Assembly (NCBI GenBank): GCA_040954595.2
Contig: CM082596.2
Location: 2,288,999-2,352,998, forward strand
Source of the DNA: Balanoglossus misakiensis
Taxonomy: Eukaryota; Animalia; Hemichordata
DNA: 64,000 bases
Reading direction: 5' to 3'
Positions within the stretch are counted from its first letter, which is position 1, and every line of letters begins with the position of its first letter. Made by a program: the position numbers and the translations under genes. Under the pieces are notes generated by a model. The model was not told the origin of the DNA and made no database searches. It saw only the letters and a program-made list of their open reading frames with translations. Positions 1-12,603 of this stretch are shown piece by piece.

Positions 1-1558
1 CAATCAAACTTTGCAGCCAACATCAACACACATACCGATTAGAACATTTGTTATTGGAATATTTATGATCAAATCCCTCTAGTCCACATTCTTGAGATAG
101 AAACCTAGACATCTTGCAATGGTATGAGTTCTGAGGACCAGTCACTGCACAGTTGGTATTAGATATTGCAGTGACTCAAAACTGAATCATTAAAATAGTT
201 CTGCATCCAGGAAGGTTGGCCGCACATCTGGTTCTCTGTCCGATATGGATACTCGGTTAACAGAGGTCGAGCGTCATAGCTGTGTGGTGATAGGCAGGAC
301 GCCCACATACGGTGAGCAGAGAGAAAGGTCACCCTATGTCGTTCCCATGGCAGTGACTCAGATATACGGTTTGAGTGTCTGCCTACTCTTCCGAACACAT
401 TTCTATCGTTTTATACCCTGTTCTGATATACCCTGATTTGGCGTATACCTAATTGAACGCGTGTATATATCAGGTTACAACGGAAACGACATGTAGGGAT
501 TGTTGGGTCCCCTGTTAAGGGTCATCGACACCTTCGCACCATCCCGTAATGCGCTGCCTAAGCCCGGAACTCGTTCCCTGGAAGGGGTTAGATGTTTAAC
601 TAATTTCCAGCATTCTCCATTTCGATAAGGCGAAAACTAGAAAACTGAACATGATCAGTTTGTGTGTGCGAGGTCGCCCTCTACATTCGAGCAAGGTAGA
701 ACATACTAGTATATAGCACAGATCAATTTCCATAAAATACGAGAACACCTTTAAATGAAGAACTCGCTTCCAATTACGCAAACATCCTCTCAAACCTCAT
801 TAAAGACTTACAATGATGAGGCATCCTTGGGAACACGTTTCTTTTCCCCTTTTGTGTCCAAAAACAGACACATCGGAGGAAATGAGGCAGTAATTATAAT
901 ATATACGTCCTTGTACGCTGCTTCATTTAAAAGACAGGATATTTTTCCCAGTCGAATCACGACTCAGTGCCGGCGTTAATGCATCCTTCACAACGATGAT
1001 GAATATTGATTTTACACCTCACGCAGGACAATTATTATTTTAAGCTATTGTTACCATCAAGAACGCCCCTTCCATCATATATCCTGTTTTTGAAGAGGGT
1101 ATTTAGTTCGATCGCTTTTGCCTCTTTGTCTGTTGTTTTACAGTCGGAGGGATTACATTTCAATATAATAAATGCTGCAAATACGGCGGTTACTGCAAGT
1201 CAAGTATATTGGTCACGTGTCTCGTTGCTTTGCGTAAAGCACAGACCTGACCGCTGCACCTGTTCTGTTCGTTGACATCGCTAGCCACCATTTATCTTAT
1301 TGTCCCGTTTCTCCGCGAGATATTTGCCAAACTGAATTTTGCTGCTTTGCGTACGGCTTGCTGCAAGTTGACGAACCAGCGACGGAAATCGGAAGGTCTT
1401 CGTTCTGCGCACGATCGCGTCGACCATGGACGGCCCATCCGTATAGTATAGCATCACTCCACACAAGCACTGACGTATGCATGTATCGACCGCAGGGAAA
1501 TACGACTAGAGCATTCTCCCTCTGACCACAGACAAAAAACACTGCACCCTCGCTCAAA

Positions 1559-4500
1559 ATGCACAAAAGCTACTCCAAAGAGCTGAAGGAGAAGAAACTG
1601 AGGCTAAAATACGGCGTGGATCTTCCTCATTCAAGATCAGACCACACATCCACGTCGAGCGAACATTCAGGTAAGTAGACCTGCAACAGACCAACGCATA
1701 AAGACAGGGTTTCACAATCTGTGATTGCCTATACCGAGCTATTTGAAAACAACCTGTTATGCAGCGCTTTAATACCGTCAGTTTGCGTTACTGTGCTGAA
1801 GCTATTAAATATTTTTAAAATATAAAAAATGTAGCTTATGACATACAGTTCTTTTGAAAATACGAGGTCAAATGCACAGCAATAAACGATAGGATTTTGT
1901 CATAAATTACTGTATATTTTATAGGGCACTATAGCTGTTTTCGCGCCGATGTGCCACGTTGAACAGCGTCTTTATACGAGGCTGACAAAGCCATGATGTA
2001 AAGCCCCCATTTTATCCTACCACGTTAATTCACTGTCGTTCTGGGATAACGCCATGTTTCTGCTAAGCGAATAAATGAATGCTGCGAAGCCGCCCTGATC
2101 TAATAAATGGAATGGAATTTGATTTAGGAACAAGCTACATATTGCTCGAATTATGTGGCTTGCATGAAACCACCCAACGTTTAACTGATCGTCTGCAGTT
2201 TCCCTATCGTGAGTTTTGATCAATGTTTTCAGGAGCCATTACAACGCCATCGATTGAATATAACATAACACCGGGTGCATGAGTGGCGGTATCGAACGCA
2301 GCGTTATTATTTGACAGCAGACGAGAGCTATCCTGTCTTGAGGCGTTGCTTTTCATTGACATTGACAGACCCCTGGCAATAGTCATTCACGCGAAACCTT
2401 CCTGGTACTTCATTTCCGACATCAATATCATGTCTAGGTGTATATTTCACGATGCAATATTTTCTAACTCCGCACTGACAATTTTAATCTATTATGCAAA
2501 TTTAACCGCAAAAGATTTTATCATTTATATTTTCATGCCGTCGATGCTTGCACGACACCGCATCATATACAAAAAGAATTCAGTTAAAAGTATGAATACG
2601 ACGATAATTATAACACCGTCATGCCACAAAGGATACTGCGCTTCTTAAAAAACACTTGTCAAAAATGTCCAAACATGTTTTATCGATGCTTCCAGCGACA
2701 ACTTTTTATAAGGGACTTGTCAACTTGATTCCGTGTATTATCTTTTCCGAAAAATATGTTTTGTGACAGTCGCATTACAGGCAATGGCGCTCATGCAGTA
2801 ACTCTACAATCGACGCCCCTTGCTATAGACCCAACAGTCCCGGGCACTTGCTTTACGAGTCGCCCCGTTCTTTAAATCCCCAAACTACGGCGGCAAACAC
2901 CTATAACACGGCCCCATCTTCATTCTGAACGATTTGTCAGATACGTGGGTAATGAGAGACGTTGTTTGAGAGACGTGCTCGCGGTAGGGGAAACCGCCAG
3001 CGGGATGATTGTGTATTCACCTCACTCCTGCATCAGCTCACAAACAGTCTGTGCCCTCTGATAGTGTTTATCCAACGTCTATTCACAATTCCTATCTAAC
3101 TAACCATCTACAGTATTGCTAATAAGATTGTCGTATCCCTTTCACATGGATACGACGGGGCTATGACTCCTCGACTCGGAGAACACTGCCTTCTGAATTG
3201 ACGCGCTCACGGCTCCCTCGATAACCTCCCTAGATGTCGCACATGATATGACGTTTGATGTGATCATGGCGTATCTGTTCTATGGTTTTAATTCATTTAC
3301 GTCACACGGCGAATTTTAACATTGATCTGATTGGTTTCATTTGTAGCTGTAATGCACTCCAATAACGATCGCAGGCGTGTACTTATTTTGGTATTAATCA
3401 ATCATTTCTAAAGGGGTGTATATATATTGAATAAATATACGGCACGAGCGAAATATTTAAGAATACACGAACGCTTAATTAAGTGACTGTCGTTTTTATA
3501 ATAATCTATGGATGGTGCAGCGCAGTCACGTGACACATGGTTGGGTTTTGTCTCGACAGACAGACAGACAGATGGGCACATAGATAGGTATACGCAGGTA
3601 GATGATAGATAAATAGATATATGGATAGACACTGCAAACCGCATTCAGTTGTTATGAACGTCGGTGTTTGCGGCCAACGTGAGCTATCAATCCATAATCA
3701 TAAATTTCTGTTCAAGGCGCGTCTACTTGTCTGGTCTGAAGTTTTGCAATTCATTACAGAGACGTTGTGACAAGCTAATAGTGTACTTTTTCCTCCCGTA
3801 GTATGACCTTGTCACCCCCTCTTTCCCTCAAACGTATTGATATTTCCCTGTTGGCATAAATCATAACCATTTAGGCCTTACTACTTTTCAGAAAGTGTTT
3901 CTTGGAGTTGAAATGTAATGCGATTCTAAAACTCATCAAACTGGTAACGTTTTTTGTGGCGGCCATCTTGTTTGAAGGGTACCCGAGAATATATGGCAAC
4001 AACTGATGCATATGCCCCAAAGGTGGCTGAACCTAGAATTAGAATAGTCAGCCTTGGAATAAATTCCCTAAGTCTCGCAGGCAGGGGACTGCAAATCAGT
4101 CTCCGCGTCATGACCAATACTTCACGACTCGCTGCGCATGCCCGACAGAACTCCAATCCTTCAACCCAATCCGTGTTCTGTCGGTCAACCTGTTATATTA
4201 CACTAGCCTACAGAAAATGCACGCATTCGAATCGGGTCATTTCTCTAGTGTTTGCCTTGTATGGTTCTAGGTTTATTCAGCAATTACTATCTTTCTGATT
4301 CCTGGTACTTAGTCAGGGAGGGTCATTTCAAAATGTCAATATTAAAATTGAAAGCCTCGATCGAAGTGGTCACCATTCCTTTACAGCGTCCACACAGCTT
4401 ATTTTTATCGTGTTACATAATGTTTTTTTCTAACGCAAAATAGATGTTGCCGAACATATGGCATAAAATACTTCCATTAAAGCCCCAGTATTTCTCGTGT

Positions 4501-7500
4501 GCATCCATTTTTCATCATCGAAAAAAGCCCGTTTTTCCAGTACATCCATCATGGAATACTATATAATGAAGATGTAAGAAAGGTTTGGGCAATTGTAGCT
4601 ACATGCAAGCCGAAAATATCGCCCGTAACACTTGAAATGATGCGCGGGTTTGTTTACAACGGAAATGTTGTACATGTCGATCAGCAAACGTGCCACTTTG
4701 ACATTTTAATGGTCAGACCATTTTCGGATTTGATCTGGTTCCATCGACTGATTTCTCCCATAAAGTTATCTTCCCAAAATTTCGCCGAATTAGTGCGCAT
4801 TTCTTCGCTGAGTCGCTTGATTTGGGGCGACCAAACCTCTTCCGCATAGATTCACATTTGAGTGCGCATGCGCACTAGTCACGTGTGTCAACACTCACGT
4901 GACTTTCTGTCCGGACAGAAAGTCATTCTTCACTCGTTATATTGTAAATTGTATGAGTTTATGAGCAGAGCTGGGGATGATGACTGTTCGATTCAGTATC
5001 AATTATCATCTACTTTTAGAAATTATAGATGCCGTTTCAAACAAAATTTTGCCCCTACGAGAAATACTGTGGCTTTAAAGGTCGCTGTGGCATCAGCTGG
5101 CGCCCGTGATTTATTCAATTACCTTAGCAACCGCGCCGGTGCGGTTTCTAGGTAGGCCTAATGATTTCGCACACAGGTTATTTAGCAGGCGACGGAAAGC
5201 GGTAACCCCGCCTGATGTTCTGTGCTTTACAGGCACATTTTATAGGAAGTACGCTTTGGTGACTTTATTGCAATAGGGATTGAACGTGAGCGTGCATTGG
5301 TTCTCGATAACTGTGGCTATACATTCAACAAGTGTCACCGATATATTCGATTCATCACGATCTGGTGACCTCTGACCTTCGGCGCTGCAGTAAAACAGTG
5401 TTTCTTAGCATTCACGACACACTCGATCAATGTAACAAGACCCCTGGTGACATCCTCGCTTCTCAGTAAGTTAATTAGGTCCTTTTAGCGTCGCTAACAC
5501 GATTGGAGAAAATCAACCTGCGCCCCAATTCCACGAAAATGCGACGCCGGGGCGATAAAGTACGAGAATCTCGTTTGTCTCTGTCAGCTGAAGGATGACG
5601 TGACCTTGACGTTCAGTTTCATTAATATCCTCCTCAACGTTGTTGAATGAGAATCGCCATGGTGCATCATTACTTATTAATGATCTAACCTGTCTCAATG
5701 CTTTGGAATATTCCATGAAAAAGGCTGTGTCATTGTATTTAAAAAAATACACGTTTTTATATGAAAAGGGAGATTTCGAAAAAAAACATAAAATAAACTG
5801 CAGTAGCGATCCTGCGCAGATCTCTGCGGGTGCAAATATATACGCGAAATCCATAGATTATCAGCCCCGTTCCTCGCGTTTGAACTAATATGTAATCCGT
5901 TGCGTACTCTCAATATAAGGTATCTATCGATGGAGCGCAGTCAAGAATGAAATTTCAATTACTAGAAACCCGTCGGCAAATTTCACGATATGGGCAATTT
6001 GAATCGGCAGCCCGCGTTATTTCCGGTCCACGAGGGTGCACGACACCTTGTGAATCTGATAATGAGTGCGAAGATTTCGCCGACCTCCGGTAAAGTGATA
6101 CAAAAGCATATATGCCCACGGTTAAACTGTTTTGTGTTCAATATACAACTGTATAAGCTTACTACACGGATTTTCACTGCAGAGCGAAAGTCAGTGTGTA
6201 GGTCAATATAACGAAATTTATGAGATATGCGAAAAAAGAACTGCTCTATATCGCAATTAAAGTAAAAATTCGTACATATTAAACTATCCAGTGCAATCTT
6301 TATACTAATTGAGTTGCATCATACGCGGTGTAATATTTTTATGAATTGCAATTCAATATCGGGTGTGATATTAACTTTTTTATGAGCAAATTTGTAAAAA
6401 TAATGCATGGTCTACCCATTCACATAAATCATAACGATTGTGATTTTTTTTATCGTTCTGCAGCCTGAAATATGGGTCTATATTGAGGGCGTTGATCAAG
6501 CAACATTGAGGTGTTGTCGCTGGTTTTTGACTTTGCTTTATAATGAAAGGTTTGGAGCTAAACGACCCTGATATTTAATACCAATTATTTTCTATAAAGT
6601 TCACCGACAACTCGCTTTGAGTCAGCGACGTTACCACGGAAATAACCGAACGACTCTTTGAAATGCTGACAAGAGATCTCACGTGACCAAGAGCGCTTCT
6701 TTCATCCGGGCGTTCATTTCCCGACAAGACACCTCTATTCATCATAGGCAGCCATATTGAAAGCAGTGTTTCAACCTATACAGGAAACAACATCTCACGC
6801 AAACGTTTTGAACAATACTATTCATATACGATGCATGCGAAGCATAGTTGCAAATGAATGATGAATCAGTCTGTTTTCATCTGGACTAAATAACACTGTC
6901 ACATCATGAATGAGTGTTGAATGTGCCGTGTATTCTTACATGTCCCATTGTATGAAGTGTATTCCCCAACAAATACTTCGCCAGACTAACAGGCCATCAT
7001 GACAAATCGGAGAAAAGAATACAGCAAAAAAATACATTAAAATACAGAGACATACAAAAATCCAGGAACTCCATACACAAAACGTAATAGAACACACTGC
7101 GGTAGTGCCAAAAGAAACGATGTGTGGCTGACCTGCTAATCTGAGAGGTGAAACATCAACCGGAAGGCTCTGCGTATAAATCGTGAAGTTCACTCAATAA
7201 AATTGAACTGAAGTAACATGCCTCTATAACGAAGGCAAATTGTTCGCTACATGTCCACTAATTTGACTTGAACATTCGCTAATGACAGGTATTCACCCTG
7301 TTTTGGAGAACCATCAATATGTGTTAACTTTGACACACCACAAAATGCAACATGTGGTTGTAATGTTGTGTTTTTTATATCAGGGATGACTTCAATGTGG
7401 AGAGATCACATTCAAGTTCACTCCACCTTCCATATTGTTGCCATCGCTGATTTTGAAGTTCATCCACGGCGTTAATTTCCTAAAATTTTCCTATAATACG

Positions 7501-10500
7501 TCGAACCGCGTATGTAGGCCCCACTAAGTGTTCTGGCCTCCGCTCTACTTAAAGTCATGTCACGCACAATTTGATCAAATCTTAAAATTGGTGTTTTCAC
7601 AGAGAAAGTGTGACGACTGTTCAATGTGCCCTCGAAAGGCAGAGTGTCAAACAACACGTTTACACAAGTTCTCGCAAAATGTATTCTCTTGGAGGTTAGC
7701 TAGCTCCAGTTCCATCATTCTCGTCAAGTGTTGCCAAGTACCCAACTATTGGTCTTATTGACTTTTAGTTCGTCTCTCCATCATGCTTAAACTACACACC
7801 CTCGCTACAAACACAGTGGCATTACTTAATAACTTGATTCTCCACCAATTCGACCAATCATTATGGCTGCACTCTTAAAACGCTGAGGTCTAGATCTTCG
7901 TGTGATTTGCCAGGTGAACTCAAAAGTCAAAGTTCTATCTGACAGTTCCATCAAAGTTCTGCCCAGTGCCCAGGGCGGTCAATTCGTGACCGGGTACACT
8001 CTCCCGTTTGCCCCGTGGTTTGAATAACTGTCATGCACTGAGAAGATGTGATGACCTTTTCCAGAGGAAGAATACATATGCGTAACTACAGTAGCGGAGA
8101 AAACAGATGGAACACTTCCTACCTTTCTGGGCATGATAGATTTCAAATGTGTACAATGACAGCATATTCGCTTGTTTACCCATACACATAATTATTTCAC
8201 TCGAAGTATCTTTCTGATTACATTGTCAAATCTGCCCTGATTTTTTATATTTCTCACAATCGTCATTGTCGTCATTTTGTATACGTATATTCTTACAATA
8301 GGCCCCTTCAAGGCCCCCAATCATTTCACTTATAGCCAGGTTGTAGCGCTGGGCGTTTGTCTGTTGTTTTGCATCCTCCAATGGAGCCTCCGGGGCCAGT
8401 CCTGCACTTTGTGCATTTTCTCTTCTGAAGGGTTTTTCCTGGCAGTCGCCATACTTTACACACTCTCCGCGGAGTCTATTATTAGTTTTCAAGGTCAAGA
8501 ACAGCTTTTGATATCAAGCAGTTTAGTAGGCTCTTATGTTCTGCCAATCAATTCAGATCACCCTCCCTAAAGATGATGAACACTATATTTGGTCACTGGT
8601 GTATTTACGCGTTGGTTTCTGAAGGGATCTAGCTTCGGGAAAACAAACAAGGTTTGACAGGAAAAGTGAAACAGTAGCCAGTTGACCCTCTACACATGCT
8701 AATTTAAACACCCCAGCACTTATCACACAATATGCACCTCTCACGTAAATATCAGACAGACCTGAGAAGTGTTAATTGATTCGGGGCCGTTGTTACTTCA
8801 TCAAAGTACCTCTTCTGCGTATTCTGCTAATATATGTGACAGACATCGGTCTAACAAAGCAGTAACGGTCCCCGGGTGCTCGCCAACAGTGGAAAAGAAA
8901 AACAACGAATAATTGTAAAATTCGCACCAACGCCTCTTTTGGCAATGGTAACACGCGTTTCGAGTCTTACCGGAGATAAACAGAAATTATAAGATCTCTA
9001 TTTTAGATGTAATATATTATACATTAAACTAGGTATGCGTTTAATCTAAATTTATTGAGCTCAAATTTCAACCAGCAATTACGTACTAAACTAATCAACA
9101 ACTATGTCCTATGAGCATGTTCGATTCCTTCCATTATAATTTACGTCCTATGCAAATTACTAAGGTTGGTCGATGATTTGTACACTACATGAATTTGTTT
9201 CTCAGATCAATTAAGAGGCGGTGATTGGAGTGAGGCAGGAGAAACCAACGCAATAAGAAAAGGCGCCTACGCAGTTTTAATCATCGCCCATGATCAAGAT
9301 TACACTTTACATTCGCCCGCCTGTGCCATTTCCATTCGTGGCTCGTACACATCTATTCATTTTGAGGGAAATCCTCTGAAGGAGAGATTGGTTCTGATTA
9401 AAGCGCACAGGAATGACAGCTGAGATGTTTGATGTGTTTTGAATGCCACCAGGTCGGTATATGTCCTGCGCTACAGATTACTCGTTCAATTGATCTCTCC
9501 CTGTTAGTTTTATATATTCTTGCTATAAATCCACTAGTTCTGCCATTTAAAAACCAGCACCCAGCGTTGTATTCAGTGGCGACGGCAACGCTTACAGTTT
9601 GCGGTGAGAGATTTTCTGGTAATTTTCACAGGCGGACGTAGACAGGGGCTCTGTGTTTAATGGTATACCTTTTACGGGATTGATAACATATCATTAGGTA
9701 CTCATCCGATAAAGTATACTCATACATGATGGCTATACTTGTGAACAAACTAAACTAGTCATGCACAGTTTTAACCTATGTCGACACTTCTGCGAATTGG
9801 TGGCTTTAGCAAAGCCGTCTATAGTCAAGTTTTTGCTCACTGATAATTGCTTTGTACTTACTGTCTGTCAACCCGAAAGATAGACGTGACACTGGTCAGC
9901 TGTCTAAGTCGACCATTTGACCCCTGTCATCGAAATCATCCATCCTCTCGCATTTTCTGGCGCCACGAGATCTCAACAGGTACGAGGTTCTGCAGAGATG
10001 ACAATAAAACGTAATGATGACGTGGTCATGTGGTTGAAGGTCTTGGATTGATATTTCGACAACTGTAAATATTGCTGTTTGATTGAGTCTGCAATTTCAC
10101 TCATCGGGATTACGTTATTACATATGCAAGACGTGTACAACTCACGGGCATGTCAATATTAGACAGATGTGGACAGAATCATTCAACCAAATTGCCTCTT
10201 GTAAGCTAATTCGATCATAGCGACATAGGATCATTAGATGTTTACGTAACTACCCTTAATAAATGTGTATTTGATAAAAGATTGATGAATCTTAGGCGGT
10301 TTTCATCAATGATCAGATGTCTCTACAGATCATATACATAGAAGCATGCTTCGATACTGAATATTTTAAAAATGTCACCTTACGAAGTATGATATTCCTC
10401 ATTATAAAATTGCTACAAGAATAATATGTGTACAGTTTTGGCTGTGTGGAAAGAAAGCTTTGCAATACTGTGATTCTGCACGTATCAGCGGGCTAACTAC

Positions 10501-12603
10501 AATAAATTGGTATAATAGGCACAGTGATTGCTTGTTTATAGAGTTTAGCAGAAGGGCGCGTTCTTGTGTCACGGATATTGCAATCTATTGTGAATAAGAT
10601 CCCATTAAAATGTTTTGCTTGAATATGGAGCAATTGTGGTGTTTTTCTTGTATTTTACACGCAAGATAGTCCGATCAAATTGTATTTCAGTGCCCTAATT
10701 TCATCCAGATTGTACCTGGATGGGTTTAATTTGTTACACGCGTGTATCGTTTCACTGCATGGAACCGGTTTCATTGTGGGGTCGAAATTTGCGTAAATTT
10801 GCATCAGCAGCTGAGTATGGGTAATATTAATGTTCTTGTGGTGCTCATCTGAAACACAAAGAGACAGCGTCTGTATCTGGAATGACCGCTAACATGGCAA
10901 CAGCAGTGTTCTGATAAACCGACAGTCTTCCAGTTCAACAGAACTGCATGAATAGCGGAGTCCAAACAATAAAATGTGAAGAGATACACGCACCGATTGC
11001 ATGCATGCCATGTAAAAGTTTCAACGCGTGAACAGATGCGCTCTTCATTCCGCGTGGCTGATGCAATCATTTTGTACAAGGTAACTCAAACGGGGCGGTT
11101 AATACTACTTTTGTGTAAATAGAAAATAAAATAAAATGGCTCGATTCTGTTGTTTGATGGTGGTGATGTAGCAATAGACTAATTTACGACTACTGAGATA
11201 AGTTATAGTCGAATTGGAACGGGCCAATGAATGATATATTTCAGTCGCCATGGCAACCGCGATGCAACTACTTAAATTGGCGCATTTTGTTCGTTTATCT
11301 CCGGAGGCTTAATTGTGCCATCCTTTGCAAGCTTATAAGACTGCCTGTAACAACTGCAACAAATAGCAGTATTAAGATGAAAATGGGTAAATAATTTAAT
11401 GGCGTTTTTCCTGTTTGGTCATGAATTTGTCTTCAGCTACTTTAGATTGTTTTATCTTAAAATCGAGGATAAGCTATGGGGTAACAGAGAAAGATTTCTA
11501 TGAGACTCAGTAAACAAAATTGTCTCAAATTTGAAATACAAAATGGCCGCCAATCCCTGTGTTAACTGTATGGGACCAATTTGTACAAATGGTGACTTCT
11601 ACTCTGTTGTGTGGTTGTTTCCCCTGTGGGGATAGTTTCTGCGATAGTTACCGTATAGAGACAAGGTCACAGCAGTCCATTGTACACACAGCAAGCCGAA
11701 ACATTCAGTTCTTGTATAATATCAGTACTCACTGCAGTATGGGTTAATTCTCTGGCCAGTTTTGCTCCTGTGCATAGCGCAGCCAGCGGCAGAATTGGAC
11801 AGGTGAAGCAGACTGCAGGTTTAACATATTAAATAACACTGTATTGTAAGGTGAATAAACTTTCATGGATTGACCATGCGCATCGGGCAAGGTACCTCTG
11901 CAGTATCTTTTATTAGTCCCCACGGACGAAGTCCTGGAGGGACTAATTGATAAGGCTCCGCCCGTTCTGTCTGTCTGGAAGCATTACTCAGACATGCCTG
12001 GAATGATTTCATTCCAACATAGTATCAGGCCAATTTAGGTATGACGTTCGTGTATGGATGTCCATATTAATGTCTTGTCTCTTCTTCAGATTCAAGCCCA
12101 TCACATTCACCGACGTACATGAGCTCATCAGCCCCAGCCTCTCCGACATACGCGTACCGATCTCCCCACTACGGGTCACACGTCACTGACCCTCACGGAA
12201 GTAGGTCTCGGCTGTACTCCGCCGGAAATAAAGATCCAAAGGAACACAATCCAAGAGAGCTCTACAGTCTCCATGGGAAAAGTTCAAGTTCTGGAAGTTT
12301 GTTAAAAGACTTGGAAAAGTTGCGAAGGGTATGTCCGACGTCTCTTTGCTTGTATGTCTTTTTTGTACAAATTTTGTTGTAAAAAACTTCAGACTCAAAA
12401 ACATGCGTGTCTTCGATCATCGGAGCTCTAGCTGTTCATTGTTTTCCTTTTGCACCCAGGCACAACGAGAAAGGGGAGAGAAACTTGGAAAAGTTGAAGA
12501 CCAAACATTGGAAATGCGGAATACAGCATCGGTGTTCGCCAGAACCACGAAAGCTCTGGAAAGAAAACAGCGGGAAAAGGCGAAGTCTTGGTGGCCATTC
12601 TGA
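1559..12603 (+). CDS. Small soluble R-SNARE-motif protein (tomosyn/amisyn C-terminus-like), ~164 aa, 3 exons
   Basis: Exon 1, 1559-1670: MHKSYSKELKEKKLRLKYGVDLPHSRSDHTSTSSEHS, donor CAG|GTAAGT, phase 1. Exon 2, 12090-12328: acceptor TCTTCTTCAG, in frame with exon 1, donor GTATGT. Exon 3, 12460-12603: AQRERGEKLGKVEDQTLEMRNTASVFARTTKALERKQREKAKSWWPF*. ERGEKL..(V/L)ED.T..M...A..F matches the R-SNARE motif of tomosyn/amisyn. No TM segment. Exons 2-3 are well supported; joining exon 1 across 10.4 kb is inferred from phase and frame, and ATG 12119 is an alternative start. Confidence 0.72.
3556..3622. repeat. (GACA)n/(GATA)n degenerate microsatellite
   Basis: gacagacagacagacagatg...gatagataaatagata read directly. 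Confidence 0.7.
4477..5078. mobile_element. Non-autonomous DNA transposon (MITE) with TTAA target duplication, Kolobok-like
   Basis: The left end reads TTAA-AGCCCCAGTATTTCTCGT (4477-4498) and the right end ACGAGAAATACTGTGGCT-TTAA (5057-5078). This gives an 18-bp TIR with 1 mismatch, flanked by TTAA. AG...CT termini with TTAA fit the Kolobok superfamily rather than piggyBac (CC...GG). No transposase ORF. Confidence 0.72.
11244..11257. promoter_or_regulatory. RFX X-box in intron 1 of the R-SNARE gene
   Basis: GTCGCCATGGCAAC, one mismatch to the palindrome GTTGCCATGGCAAC. CCAAT lies ~20 bp upstream. Motif match only. Confidence 0.5.
11430..11580. repeat. Dispersed repeat fragment (family also at ~24600-24690 and ~40870-41030)
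   Basis: Shared core TTTGAAAT.CAAAATGGCCGCCA here, GGCGGCCATTTTGAATTTCAAATTT at ~24656-24680, and GGTGGCCATTTTGAATTCCAAATCTGAGACAATTTT at ~40998-41033. Boundaries approximate. Confidence 0.6.

Noticed and set aside
1700-12000. Many 60-120 aa ORFs in the long intron
   Set aside because: No recognisable domains, transposase or RT motifs; consistent with random ORFs in intronic and repeat DNA.
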